Origin: Mobula hypostoma
Taxonomy: Eukaryota
Assembly: GCF_963921235.1 (NCBI RefSeq)
Contig: NC_086115.1
Coordinates: 56,420,001 to 56,484,000, forward strand
Reading direction: 5' to 3'
DNA: 64,000 nucleotides
The notes under the pieces were generated by a model, which had not been told where the DNA came from, did no database searches, and saw nothing but the letters and a program-made list of their open reading frames with translations. Both the position numbers and the translations under genes were made by a program. Positions within the stretch are counted from its first letter, which is position 1. Every line of letters begins with the position of its first letter. This document shows, piece after piece, positions 53,681-64,000 of the stretch.

Positions 53681-54293
53681 TTGACTACCATATTTACAGC
53701 CTTGATTGAGCTTTTGCAAGTTGCCGGTATATGTTCCATATTTAAGTGTCCACATCTATAACTTTTTTTCTGATCATCCAGACCTGATGTAAACACAACA
53801 AATAATACCAGATCTCAATAGAATTTGCTGTAGTTACTACAAGTAAAGATTAACAAGGATGGTTTCTCAGTGTTGGTTGATGCAATTGCCTGATTTATAC
53901 TAAGAAACCCAAACTTACTTTTATAAAATACACCTAACATAAAACATGCATAAGATTGTCTAGAAGTGTGGTTTTCCACAAACAATTCTATAAACAGACA
54001 TGTAGATCTCAATCCAAATAATAAGCCAATGTGGGCAAAAATCCAGATCACAATGCACAGAGCTCGTCTCGCAACCAATCAGTGACAAGACTCCCTCCCT
54101 ACATCACAAACGAGTTTCTGTATGACAATCAATCAGCTGATTGATAAGTACATATATAAAGGCCAAGCATTCGGAGGACACCCCACTAGTGAACAGCGCA
54201 CTGATGATGTCTCCATGTACAGAGAACAAATGTTTGCAAATGTATTACCAAGATTGGAGAACAACTCAACCCAAGCATCAACCACCAGAGCTA

Positions 54294-54611
54294 AGAGGGG
54301 TGATTGATAAGTTCGTGGCCTAAGTTAGAAGGAGACGAGTTATACAACTCTAGTTACATGCACCTGCAGGTCAACTCTTTTATTATGCAAAATGTTTGAA
54401 GTTAATAACTCATCTCCTTCTACTGTAGGCCATAAACTTATCAATCACCCCTGCTGTGGACACTTTCTGGAGGTCCAAGATCCGTATGTGCCACGACCGC
54501 TCGACTAAGTGTGTAAATTTAGGAGGGGACTATGTTGAAAAATAAAATGTGCTAGGTTTTCTAAAATTGACTCCTTCTACCTTAGGCCATGAACTTATCA
54601 ATCACCCCTCA
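54294..54611. mobile_element. Mariner-type MITE with an extra internal TIR
   Basis: TIR GAGGGGTGATTGATAAGTTC(G/A)TGGCCTAAG at both ends, flanked by TA; third copy at about 54412-54452. Confidence 0.85.
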
Positions 54612-55535
54612 TATACATTTTCTGAGTTATTTCCACATATACTGTATGTTTGTAAAACAGATGTAGCAATGTGCTCAGAGATTTCTGGATTAAAGCCATA
54701 GTTACTACTGGAGCCATTAAAGATGAATAGGAGGCTTTTTATCCCTTTGACTGTGTGCTGGCTCTTTGCTAGTACAAATCAAAACTAACTCTTATTATTA
54801 ACACAAGACAGTCTGCAGATGCTGGAAATCCGAAGTAACACACACAAAATGCTGGAGGAACTCAGTAGGTCAGGCAGCATCTATGGAAATGAATAGGTAG
54901 TCGATGCTCTGGACTGAGACCCTTCTTCAGGACTGAGATGGAAGGGGAAAGATGCCTGAATGAAAAGGTGGGGAGGGGAAGAGGAGAAGCCTAACCTGCT
55001 GAGTTCCTGTGTGTGCAACCCTTACTATTTACTGATAGATCTGATCTTCCTCTGGTCCCTTCAGAGAACAAAGTTGCCCAAACCCATTTTCAAAATGTAG
55101 TTGTTAACAGAAGGAGATCATCTTTGAACACAGAAAAGAGTGGTAGCTGGTTGGATGCGTTATTTTTTACCTCTGGTCCGAGGAATTTGTCTCTAGGTTT
55201 ATTTCTTTCTCTTGGTTTACTGAAATGTCAAGACACAATCTTCTTGGAATAATTTGAAAATATTCATTTTAATATACTGACCAGTTATATAAATTCCCAA
55301 GCAGGTACACAGTATTAATGCTGTGATTTTTGCTGCCTACATTGCATTGGCAGGATTAAAAAAGAGAATTTTGAACATCCAAATTATGTCTTCTTGAAAT
55401 GACATTATGTGAAAATTCCTCATTTAGAGTTGTGCTGTCACAATGAAATGAAATTTTGAGCAAAATGTCTAAAAGTGAAGCAACTTTGAACAACCATAGA
55501 ATTTGCATTCATTTACTTTTAATAATATGGAAAAT

Positions 55536-56759
55536 GTTGTTGTTGTTGTTGTTCGTCCTTCATAGTCGAAGATGACCATGGCTTCAAAGTCAAATGGGAG
55601 ATTGGTGGCTGTGGGTCCGGAGGTGACTGATGAGGCCAATCTGGGCCCTGAAGGCTCGCCCACATGTGGGACACAAGTGGGTGGGTGCTGTCGTGGCAGT
55701 GGATGCTGCTCGGGCCTTGCGCGCAGCACACTTTTGTTGCGCCTCGATGATGCGCCTGACTTCAGCTGCACGGGCTCTTGTGGTGATCTTGCTGCGCCAA
55801 GCTGGATGGTCGAGTGGTCGAGGGCAAGTGTCTCCCACGTGTTGATGTCGACACCCAGGCCTTTGAGGGACGCTTTCAGGCAGTCTTTATAACGTTTCTT
55901 CTGCCCCCCGACTGAGCGCTTGCCCTGACACAGTTCTCCGTACAGCAGCTGCTTAGGCAATCGGCTGTCTGGCATTCTGACCACATGTCCAGCCCACCTG
56001 GCTTGGGCTTTCAGCAGGAGGGTGTAGACGCTGCAGAGCCCAGTTCGTTCCAGGATTTCCGTGTCGGGGACTTTGTCCTGCCACCTGATGTGGAGGAGTC
56101 TGCAGAGACAGCTCAGGTGAAAATGGTTGAGCTGTTTGGCGTGTCTGCTGTAGACAGTCCAGTTCTCGCTGGCGTAAAGGAGGGTGGTAAGGACCACTGC
56201 ACAGTAGACCTTCAGCTTGGTGGTAAGGCTGAGTCCTCTCCGCTCCCAGACGTTCTCACGGAGTCTCCCAAAGGCAGCACTGGCTTTGGCAATCCTGTTG
56301 TTGACCTCAGCGTCTATGTTCACTGCGCGAGAGAGTATGCTGCCCAGGTAGGTGAAGTTGTCGACTGCCTGGAGGTTCTGGCCCTTCACCGTGATGCGCG
56401 GCTCCTGGTATGGCTTTCCTGGGGCAGGCTGGTACATAACTTCGGTCTTTTTAGGCGCCTGCAGGCAGTTACAAAGGTGCGAGAGACTGTCATCAGAGAC
56501 TTGTTGTTTGCTGATGACTGCGCACTCAACGCCAGCACAGAGCAGGAGATGCAGCGTGAAATGGACTGCTTCTCACAAGCCTGTGACAACTTCGGTCTCA
56601 CTATCAGCACCAAAAAGACCGAAGTTATGTACCAGCCTGCCCCAGGAAAGCCATACCAGGAGCCGCGCATCACGGTGAGGGGCCAGAACCTCCAGGCAGC
56701 GGACAACTTCACCTATCTGGGCAGGATAATCTCGCGCAGTGAACATAGACGCTGAGGTC
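55536..56759 (-). mobile_element. 5'-truncated RTE-clade LINE with an inverted 5' segment
   Basis: RT/C-terminal motifs (LLFADD, FTYLGS, RWAGHVVRMPDSRLPKQLLYGEL, C2H2 finger CPTCGRAF...SHLRTH); (CAA)n tail; TSD AATATGGAAAAT at 55524-55535 and 56760-56771; 56453-56759 lies on the + strand. Confidence 0.95.
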
Positions 56760-57358
56760 AATATGGAAAATATTCCAATGAGGTTAACAATGTGACTTAC
56801 ATTTCACCCCCAGGTGACATCCAACATTTGGAAAAGAAGTTTCCTTAGCCAGTCACAGAAAGGTTAAATCCCAGAGTCACAGAAAACATAAATGGGCTCT
56901 TGTTTTTGTATATAATTTACTATTATGTTTAATGAACTACCTGAGTCCAATTCTGTTAGAGAATCTTACTGAAGTTGGGTGTAATAATCTAATCTAATTA
57001 TGATCCAAAGGTTGTTCATATTGGCCAGTCTATTCCTCTGTTTAGTCAGTTGCGACTTAGCAGTCAATCTACTTTAAACAAGTATGGTGTAATGAAAGAT
57101 AAAGAGCAGGGTATTCTCCAGCAGTGCAATACCAAAGTCAGGAAATGCTCATTTCAGAAATATTAAGGTTCCTCATTGACTGTGACAGCATGGTAGTTCA
57201 ACTAGCTGAGCTTCTTTGAAACTAGACTTGTGTTTTCCAAAATGGATTCTGCATTCTCTTTTTAACCCTTAAATTGTTCACCTGGAATATAATTGTAGAA
57301 GATATGTGTGATTTAGTCAAATGATACTGATTGAGTAATTATTTCATTGCTATTAACA

Positions 57359-57867
57359 GGGGTGTACGAGGTGTCTGGGGAGGGGTAGCACCTCTGGTGA
57401 AGGGACTTGTCATGTCCGTTCCAGGGCAGCTCACTCACCTTTGGTCCACACCGGACACTCAGCTCTCACCCGTGGCTCCAAGTGGCTGTTTGCCACACCC
57501 CGGTACGCCACTTTGACAGGCTGGCTAAATCTAGTGAGGGTAGTCCGTGATCTCTTACCCCTGTTAGATAGGGACATGTCTGTCCTAGCATGCGAATTCT
57601 GCCTCAGCAGACAGGGTGGATGAGATCTAGAGTGAAATCCAATAGCCAGGAAGACGGTTCTGCAATGCTCCATGGACAGCAAAGGGCACAGAAGACATGG
57701 TCATCCACTGTAAGCGGGGGGTCCCAGTTTGTGATGCTTGTTCATACCACTGGATCAGACTCATGAGGTTGAGAGACAGGAACTGCCCCAGTGCAATGGC
57801 TTTTCTGCTTTAAAAACTCTCCCGCACAGGCTTCCTGTCATCGTCAGACATGACAGACAACCACCAA
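57359..57867 (+). mobile_element. Non-autonomous RTE-related retroelement
   Basis: RTE-5'UTR-like CAGCTCTCACCCGTGGCTCC; 8-bp TSD TATTAACA at 57351-57358 and 57868-57875. Confidence 0.65.
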
Positions 57868-57879
57868 TATTAACACGGA

Positions 57880-59390
57880 ACATAGAAAATCACTGTATGG
57901 GCACAGGCCCGTTAACCCACAATGTTTTGCTGAGCCATTGAAATTAGTAATCAAATGCTTGGCTAATCTAATCCTTTCTCCCTACAGAATATCCATGTTC
58001 TTCCATTTCCTACACAAGAGCAACTTGAATGCTTCTATCGTATTTGCCTCAACTACCACACCTAGCGGAACGTTCCAGGCACCCGACGTGCTCCGCACAT
58101 CTCCTTTGAACTTTATCTCACCTTAAATGCATATCTTCTAGTGTTAGACATTTCAACCCTTGGAAAAATATGTTGGCTGACTACTCTATGTACATCTCCC
58201 TTAATTTTTTAAAAATCTGTCCCCTGCTCCGGAGAATCCAACCGGAGTTTGTCCAACCTCTCTTTATACCACGTGCCTTCTAATCCAGGCCGCATCCTGG
58301 TTAACTTCTACATCCTCTCTGAACCCTTGGCATCCTTCCCGAAAAAAAAATGCAATCAAGTTAATAAGACAGGTCTTGTCCCACACAAAACCAAGGTGAC
58401 TGTCCTTAATTTTGCCACAGTTTTCCAAATACTCATAAATCCTATCCTCTTCAGTAACTTCCTTACTGTTGACATGTGTCTCCTGGTCTACTGTTTACAG
58501 GATTTCCCTTCTGGAGTAATAGAACAGCATTAGCTACTCTCCAGTCCTCCAGAACCTCACCTGTGGCTAGAATAGGTATGAAAATATTGGTCAAAGCTCC
58601 AGCAATCTTTTCTCTTGCCTCATTCAATAACCTGGGGTATATCCTATCAGATCCTGGGGATAAATGAAGTATAATGTATTTTAAAGACCTCCTTCTTTAT
58701 CTTGAAATATCTAGTATATTTGCATGCTCGCACTAATCTCTCTATCCTCCACATCCTTCTCCTTGGTAAATACTGATTGCTAATTACACATTTAGGACCT
58801 CACCCATACCCTTTGCCTCCAAACACATGTTCCATCCTTTATCCTTGGATGTGTCCTATCTGCTCCATAGTTGTTCTCTTGTGCTTGATGTCTGTGACAA
58901 ATTGTTCCTTGGATCTTGTGGAAAACTAGTTCAAATTTGCAGAGGCCCCAGCAGATGTGTTGGGAACACCCAGTGCCTTGAGTGATATGCCAGAGGATTG
59001 GAGGATAGCTAATGTTCTGTTGTTTGAGAAAGGCTCTAAGAATAAGCTGGGAAATTATAAGCCAGTGAGTCTGATATCAGTAGTGGGTAAGTTATTGAAA
59101 GTTATTATAAGGGACAAGATAGGTAAGCATTTGGATAGACAGAGACTTATTAGGGATAGTCAACATGGCTTGTGCATGGTAGGTGTCCAACCAAACTTAT
59201 AGTGTTTTTCGAGGAGGTTACCAGAGAAGTGGATGAAAGTAAGGCAGTGGATGTAGTCTACATGGACTTTAGCAAGGAGAAGCCAAAGTTTGGTATAGGT
59301 GGTTGCCTCTCTGACTGGAGGCCTGAGACCAGTGGTGTACCACAGGAACCTGTGTTGGGTCTGTTGCTGTTTGTCACCTGTGTGACATGT
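57880..59390. mobile_element. Old CR1 fragments (minus about 57880-58880, plus about 58900-59390)
   Basis: PEDWRIANV...GNYKPVSL, VDVVYMDFSK and TSGVPQ motifs, heavily deleted. Confidence 0.75.
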
Positions 59391-60584
59391 AAGTGGAAAC
59401 GTGAAGAAACATAATCTACACCAATATTTTTGCTCTAATATAAAATACAAAACACGATCTATTTTTAGTGTTTGTTCATGTCTCTTTCAGGACTTCTTGC
59501 CAGATGGCATTTGAGAGAAATGGACAGTATCAACCTGAAAATTTGACTGTGTCTTTTCCACCATGATGGTCCCTGATCCACTGAACTCCCCCAGCATCTT
59601 GTTTGTTCCAGATTTCAGCATCTTATATTTCAACTTTTGATCAACTTAATTATTATTATTATTATTTTTCTATATTTGCACAGTTTCTTTTGCACATTGC
59701 TTGCTTGTCAATCTTTGAGTGTAATTTTTCATTGATTCTACTGTATTTCTATGTTCTACTGTGAATGCCTGTGAGAAAATGAACCGCTGCCTGATATGGT
59801 GGTAGAGGCAAATACATTAGAGGCTTTTAAGAGATGTCTGGACAGGCACACAAGTGTGCGGAAGATGGACAAATATGGACATTGTGTCGATAGGAGGGAA
59901 TAGTGTTTGGGGTGTTTTTGATTTCCTTTTTCGCTGGTTCAGCACAACACTGTGGGCTGAATGGCCTGTTCCTGTGCTGTACTCTTTGATAATAAACTTA
60001 ATTTGAACTTTGAAATTGCTCTAGAGCATAGGTTCCCAATCTGGGGTCCATGGTTAATGGGAGGGGTCTAATGCATAAAAAAGTTTGGGAACCCCTACTC
60101 TATTGCATAGTGTTTGGATTGAAAAAGTCAAGACTGTCTGTATTATTGGAAAAGGCATGATGGTGTACATGAATTTGCAGAGGCAGAGAATGGAAAGAGA
60201 CAGTGGGTCACCGGAAGCCTTTGTAGGTAGAAAAGCATGAGTGATGTTTAAATGAGACTTTGCGTGAAGATAGGGTAACTGCCTTTTCTTCAAGACATAA
60301 TGCAATGATCTTTTTTGGGAAAGAATCAAAAGGTGAAATTTGTTTATAATGATTAGCGCAGCGTGGATTCAAGTATAGATAAAAACAGAAGAAACAATAG
60401 CACAAGGAACAAGTAAACAAAATCCTTTCTTCAAGGAAGTACGAAGGGGTGACAGACAGGTCTGAACTGTTGAGTTCTCCGATAATGACACACCATTAAA
60501 TCAGTATTAGCAGGACTATGTTTAATTTAGTCATTCAGTCAGAGCTCCCCTGCAGCTAATTCCTTTCAGAGGTATTAAATTGAG

Positions 60585-60599
60585 GTTGCCCATAGTAAC
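60585..60599. promoter_or_regulatory. RFX X-box-like motif GTTGCCCATAGTAAC
   Basis: Matches the GTNRCC-N(0-3)-RGYAAC consensus about 90 bp upstream of the candidate ATG; forkhead-type GTAAACAA at 60413-60420. Confidence 0.5.
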
Positions 60600-60689
60600 T
60601 CTATGTTGTTGCTCTGGCTAGTTCCTATCTGTTGCTTGGGAAGCAATGCTTTTCTCGATTTTGTACTTGTTCAGATAAAGACAACCAAG

Positions 60690-60987
60690 ATGGCTCAGGT
60701 AAATATTAATAGATCTGCTTCACATTTAGGATTGTCATCCAGGTTTCCCAAATTACACCATCCTTTATCAAGGTTGGGCGATCCTGAAGCTGTTTCAGTA
60801 CAGGGTATTTCCACAAGCAGAGGAAGATTTGCTTCTCAGAAGCTCAGGGATAGTAGGATGTCATTGAAATTCAGTGTCAACACATCGGAAAAGAGTGAAT
60901 CTGGATCTGCATTGGAACATGCGTTAAAAATGCACAAGATGGAACAGCTGGACAACTGGAGGAAACTGGATCGTTGGTTAAATCTCA
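60690..60987 (+). CDS. Candidate first coding exon of an unidentified gene (MAQVNINRSASHLGL...MEQLDNWRKLDRWLNL, 99 aa +1 nt)
   Basis: Open frame in non-repeat DNA, Kozak ACCAAGATGG, canonical GTAAGT donor at 60988, possible acceptor at 60674; product not recognised. Confidence 0.5.
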
Positions 60988-61959
60988 GTAAGTGGCAATA
61001 TTAAATGATTTTTAATGATATCTTGAATTAAGTATACACACCATTCAGTAAATTAAACATTCTCAGTTGTCCCTCTGACCACTACCCCCCAATAAAATAT
61101 GGATCTATATCACACATGAACAAGAAGAATGCATGGGTGATAAATTCTCAGGGGATTTGGAAGGAAAAACACTGAATTTCTAGTCTTCAAATGCTTTAGG
61201 GAAACATTGCTTGCTGATCAGGGTGATATCCTCTGCTCGCCTTTTCCAAAAGTGCTGCACAGTTTACTAGGAATGCACTATTTAAAATGCATGTCTAAAA
61301 TGAAACACTATGGAGATTTTCTGCTGATGTTGTCTTTACAGTCCTGGAGATTAGCTGGCATTTACATTTCTACTGAATAGTACAGGAGCACTCTGGTGTA
61401 TTCAAGAATCTTACCCAATGGTTAGCAATAGGTTGTGCTTGCCAACACTGTCTAGGGTTCAGAAACTACAAGCCAAGCATGAGTAAGAAATCAAAACTTT
61501 GAAGAACTTTGAAGAAAACAAATTCAATTGTATTTCTTTCTCCTCTAATTGCCTGCAAGAAAATAAATCTCAGTATATGGTAACATTTATGTACTTTGAT
61601 AATAAATTTACTTTTAACTTTCAATTTACCTTGAACTTTGAAAACTGCAGAGTATAAATTTACTACCCACTCATTACAAATCTGTCCTTCCATATTCTTA
61701 AAATACCCCTGCAAGTGTCAGTGTACCTGCACTCTGAACTTCGCATGTTTGTATAGACCAGGGGTTCCCAACCTGGAGACCATGGACCCCTTGCTTAATG
61801 GTTTTGCTCCATGGCTTAAAAAGGTTGGGAACTAATTGCAAACAAGAGAGAATCTGCAAGTACTGAAAATCCAAGCAACACACACAAAATGCTAGGGGTA
61901 ATCAACAGATCAGGCAGCATCTATGGAAAAGACTACAGTCAATGTTTCAGGCCAAGACG

Positions 61960-62785
61960 TAAGAACATAAGAAATAGGAGCAGGAGTCGGCCATCTGGCC
62001 CATTGAGCCTGCTGTACCATTCAATAAGATCATGGCTGATCTGTCTGTAAACTCAGCTCCAGCTACCTGCCTTTCCCCATAACCCCTAATTCCCTTACTA
62101 TGCAAAAATCTATCCAACCGTGTCTTAAATATATTTACTGAGGTAACCTCCACTGCTTCATTGGACAGAGAATTCCACAGATTCACCACTCTTTGGGAAA
62201 AGCAGTTCCTTTTCATCTCCATCCTAAATTTACTCCCCCAAATCTTGAGGCTATGTCCCCTAGTTCTAGTCTCACTTACCAGTGGAAGCAACTTTCCTGC
62301 CTCTATCTTATCTATCCCTTTCATAATTTTATGTTTCTATAAGATCTCCTCTCATTCTTCTGAGTTCCAGTGAGTACAGTCTGACTTCATAGTCTTTCTT
62401 CATAGTCTGACTTCATCTCTCTTCATAGTCTGACTTCATCTCTCTTCATAGTCTAGCCCCCTCATCTCTGGAATCAACCTGGTGAACCTTCTCTGCACTG
62501 CCTCCAAAGCCAGTATATCCTTCTTCAAGTAAGGAGACCAGAACTGCACACAGTACTCCAGGTGCGGCCTCACCAGTACCCTGTACAGTTGCAGCATAAC
62601 CTCCCTGCTCTTAAATACAATCCCTCTAGCAATGAAGGCCAATGTTCCATTTGCCTTCTTGATGGCCTGCTGCACCTGCAAACCAGCCTTTTGTGATTCA
62701 TGCACAAGCACTCCTGTCCCTCTGAACAGCAGCATGCTGCAATTTTTTTACCATTTAAATAATAACCTGATCTTCCATTTTTCCT
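61960..62785 (-). mobile_element. CR1 LINE 3' fragment
   Basis: ORFs 61947..62324 and 62436..62735 (LYRVLVRPHLEYC, RVVNLWNSL); TTCTTATG tail. Confidence 0.9.
62378..62453. repeat. About 3 tandem copies of a 23-bp unit (CATAGTCTGACTTCATCTCTCTT) inside the CR1
   Basis: Seen directly. Confidence 0.85.
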
Positions 62786-64000
62786 TCCTGCTGAAGGGCC
62801 TCAGCTCGAAACGTCGACTGTACTCTTTTCCATAAATGCTTCCTGGCCTGCTGAGTTCCTCCAGCATTTAATGTGGGAACTAGTCGTATACACAGCAAAT
62901 GATAGTGGGATAATTAAATGTCATCCCCTCTGGAAAGCATACTAAAAACAGACTACACATATTCATCTGTTTACCAGACTTAATTGTTACCTAGGGTTGG
63001 GGTATGCCCCTGCTCTGTGTCACTTCCCACCCTCATTACTTTCAAACAAACAGCTGCATCTTCCAGCTTATTGGAAACTGGGCAGGTACTGCTTGTACCT
63101 TTCTGGCCATTGGAATCAAACCTATATCTACAGCTCCTCCAAGAGGACCACAGCCTTGCCGTGGTTTGGAGGCTCGTGTGCCTCAATGACCCAGAGAGCT
63201 CTGCTGGCTGGAGTCAGGGCTTTATGCTTTGGCTCCTGGTAGGGTCACCCACATCAAACAGGTCAAAGGGCAGAGGCCAGACTAAGAGTGGTCCACCTGT
63301 CCTCCAGTTTTGGGGGTTCAGCTCAGGGCCAACAACCTGAACTGGTAAAACAAAACTGTTACAGAAACAGCAATGAAGAATTATACATCTCAGTGTGATG
63401 GCATTCCTGAGTGTCCACCCAGGACTTGCATGACTAAGAAAAGTGAAAACCAAGCTACTGACACAATGAAGGAAGCCCTCCAGAGATGGAGGACCTCCAC
63501 TGCTGCCCGAAATGCCAGCAGCATACCTGGCAGTAGGCAGGTTTACTGCTGTTCTATGGCATTAAACATTGGTACCCTGAAACTCCATGTTAACGTGCCA
63601 GTTATTTACATTAATGCACTGATACCACAGATGTATTGTATTGTAGTATGTTACAATATGATTTTGAAGCTACAACAACACATCTTGAGTGGATCCAAAC
63701 TTAAGGTGGATGGGCAATCATCAAAAATGTGAGCTTACTAAACATTGTTTACATTAGCCAGAGGTGGCTTTGAAGATGAGAAGAATCTAGGGCAGGGGAT
63801 CCCAACCATTTTTTATGCCATGGACCCCTGCCATTAGCCAAGGGGTCCATGGACCTCAGGTTTGAAACCCTTGATCGAGAATAAAGCCTTTCAATGTCCG
63901 TTTCAATGGGTTGCCTTCCAGAAGAGATGAGACATAAAAACATAAGATTAAAATTAGGCCATTTGGCCTATTGAGTGTTCTCTGCTATTCGATCATGGCT

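Noticed and set aside
55985-56755. 256-aa plus-strand ORF as a novel protein
   Set aside because: It is a chimera of antisense RTE sequence and the inverted sense segment across the inversion junction
60603-60689. Signal-peptide-like N-terminus MLLLWLVPICCLGS of ORF 60603..61004
   Set aside because: Weak Kozak context directly abutting the X-box; more likely promoter, UTR or T-rich intron sequence than coding
1-64000. CRISPR arrays, operons, retrons or other prokaryotic systems
   Set aside because: The DNA is eukaryotic with spliceosomal introns; all RTs are LINE-type and no regular repeat-spacer array is visible
39300-64000. SFXN4 exons expected from human synteny
   Set aside because: No sideroflexin-like peptide was recognised; small exons could have been missed by eye

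Overview
Eukaryotic, repeat-rich vertebrate DNA. The CR1/Rex1/Penelope/RTE/Tc1 repeat mix points to a cartilaginous fish, probably a ray (inference). Two complete intron-containing genes sit head-to-head on one small CpG island, with their ATGs about 245 bp apart. LSM1 is on the minus strand (4 coding exons, 133 aa, 11517-25755). Mitochondrial peroxiredoxin PRDX3 is on the plus strand (7 coding exons, 246 aa, 26000-39223). All introns are GT-AG and all phases are consistent. In human, LSM1 is paired with BAG4 at 8p11 rather than PRDX3 at 10q26, and this LSM1 carries invertebrate-like residues, so it may be a retained whole-genome-duplication paralogue. Near the 3' end is an intact candidate first coding exon of an unrecognised gene, preceded by an RFX X-box. 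Most of the rest is nested transposon debris, including an RTE LINE with a twin-priming-like 5' inversion-duplication and a 12-bp TSD, a near full-length IR/DR Tc1, a solo LTR, hAT/mariner MITEs and a tRNA-head SINE. There may also be decayed exons of lost genes. No database searches were run; family names and human comparisons come from recalled knowledge.
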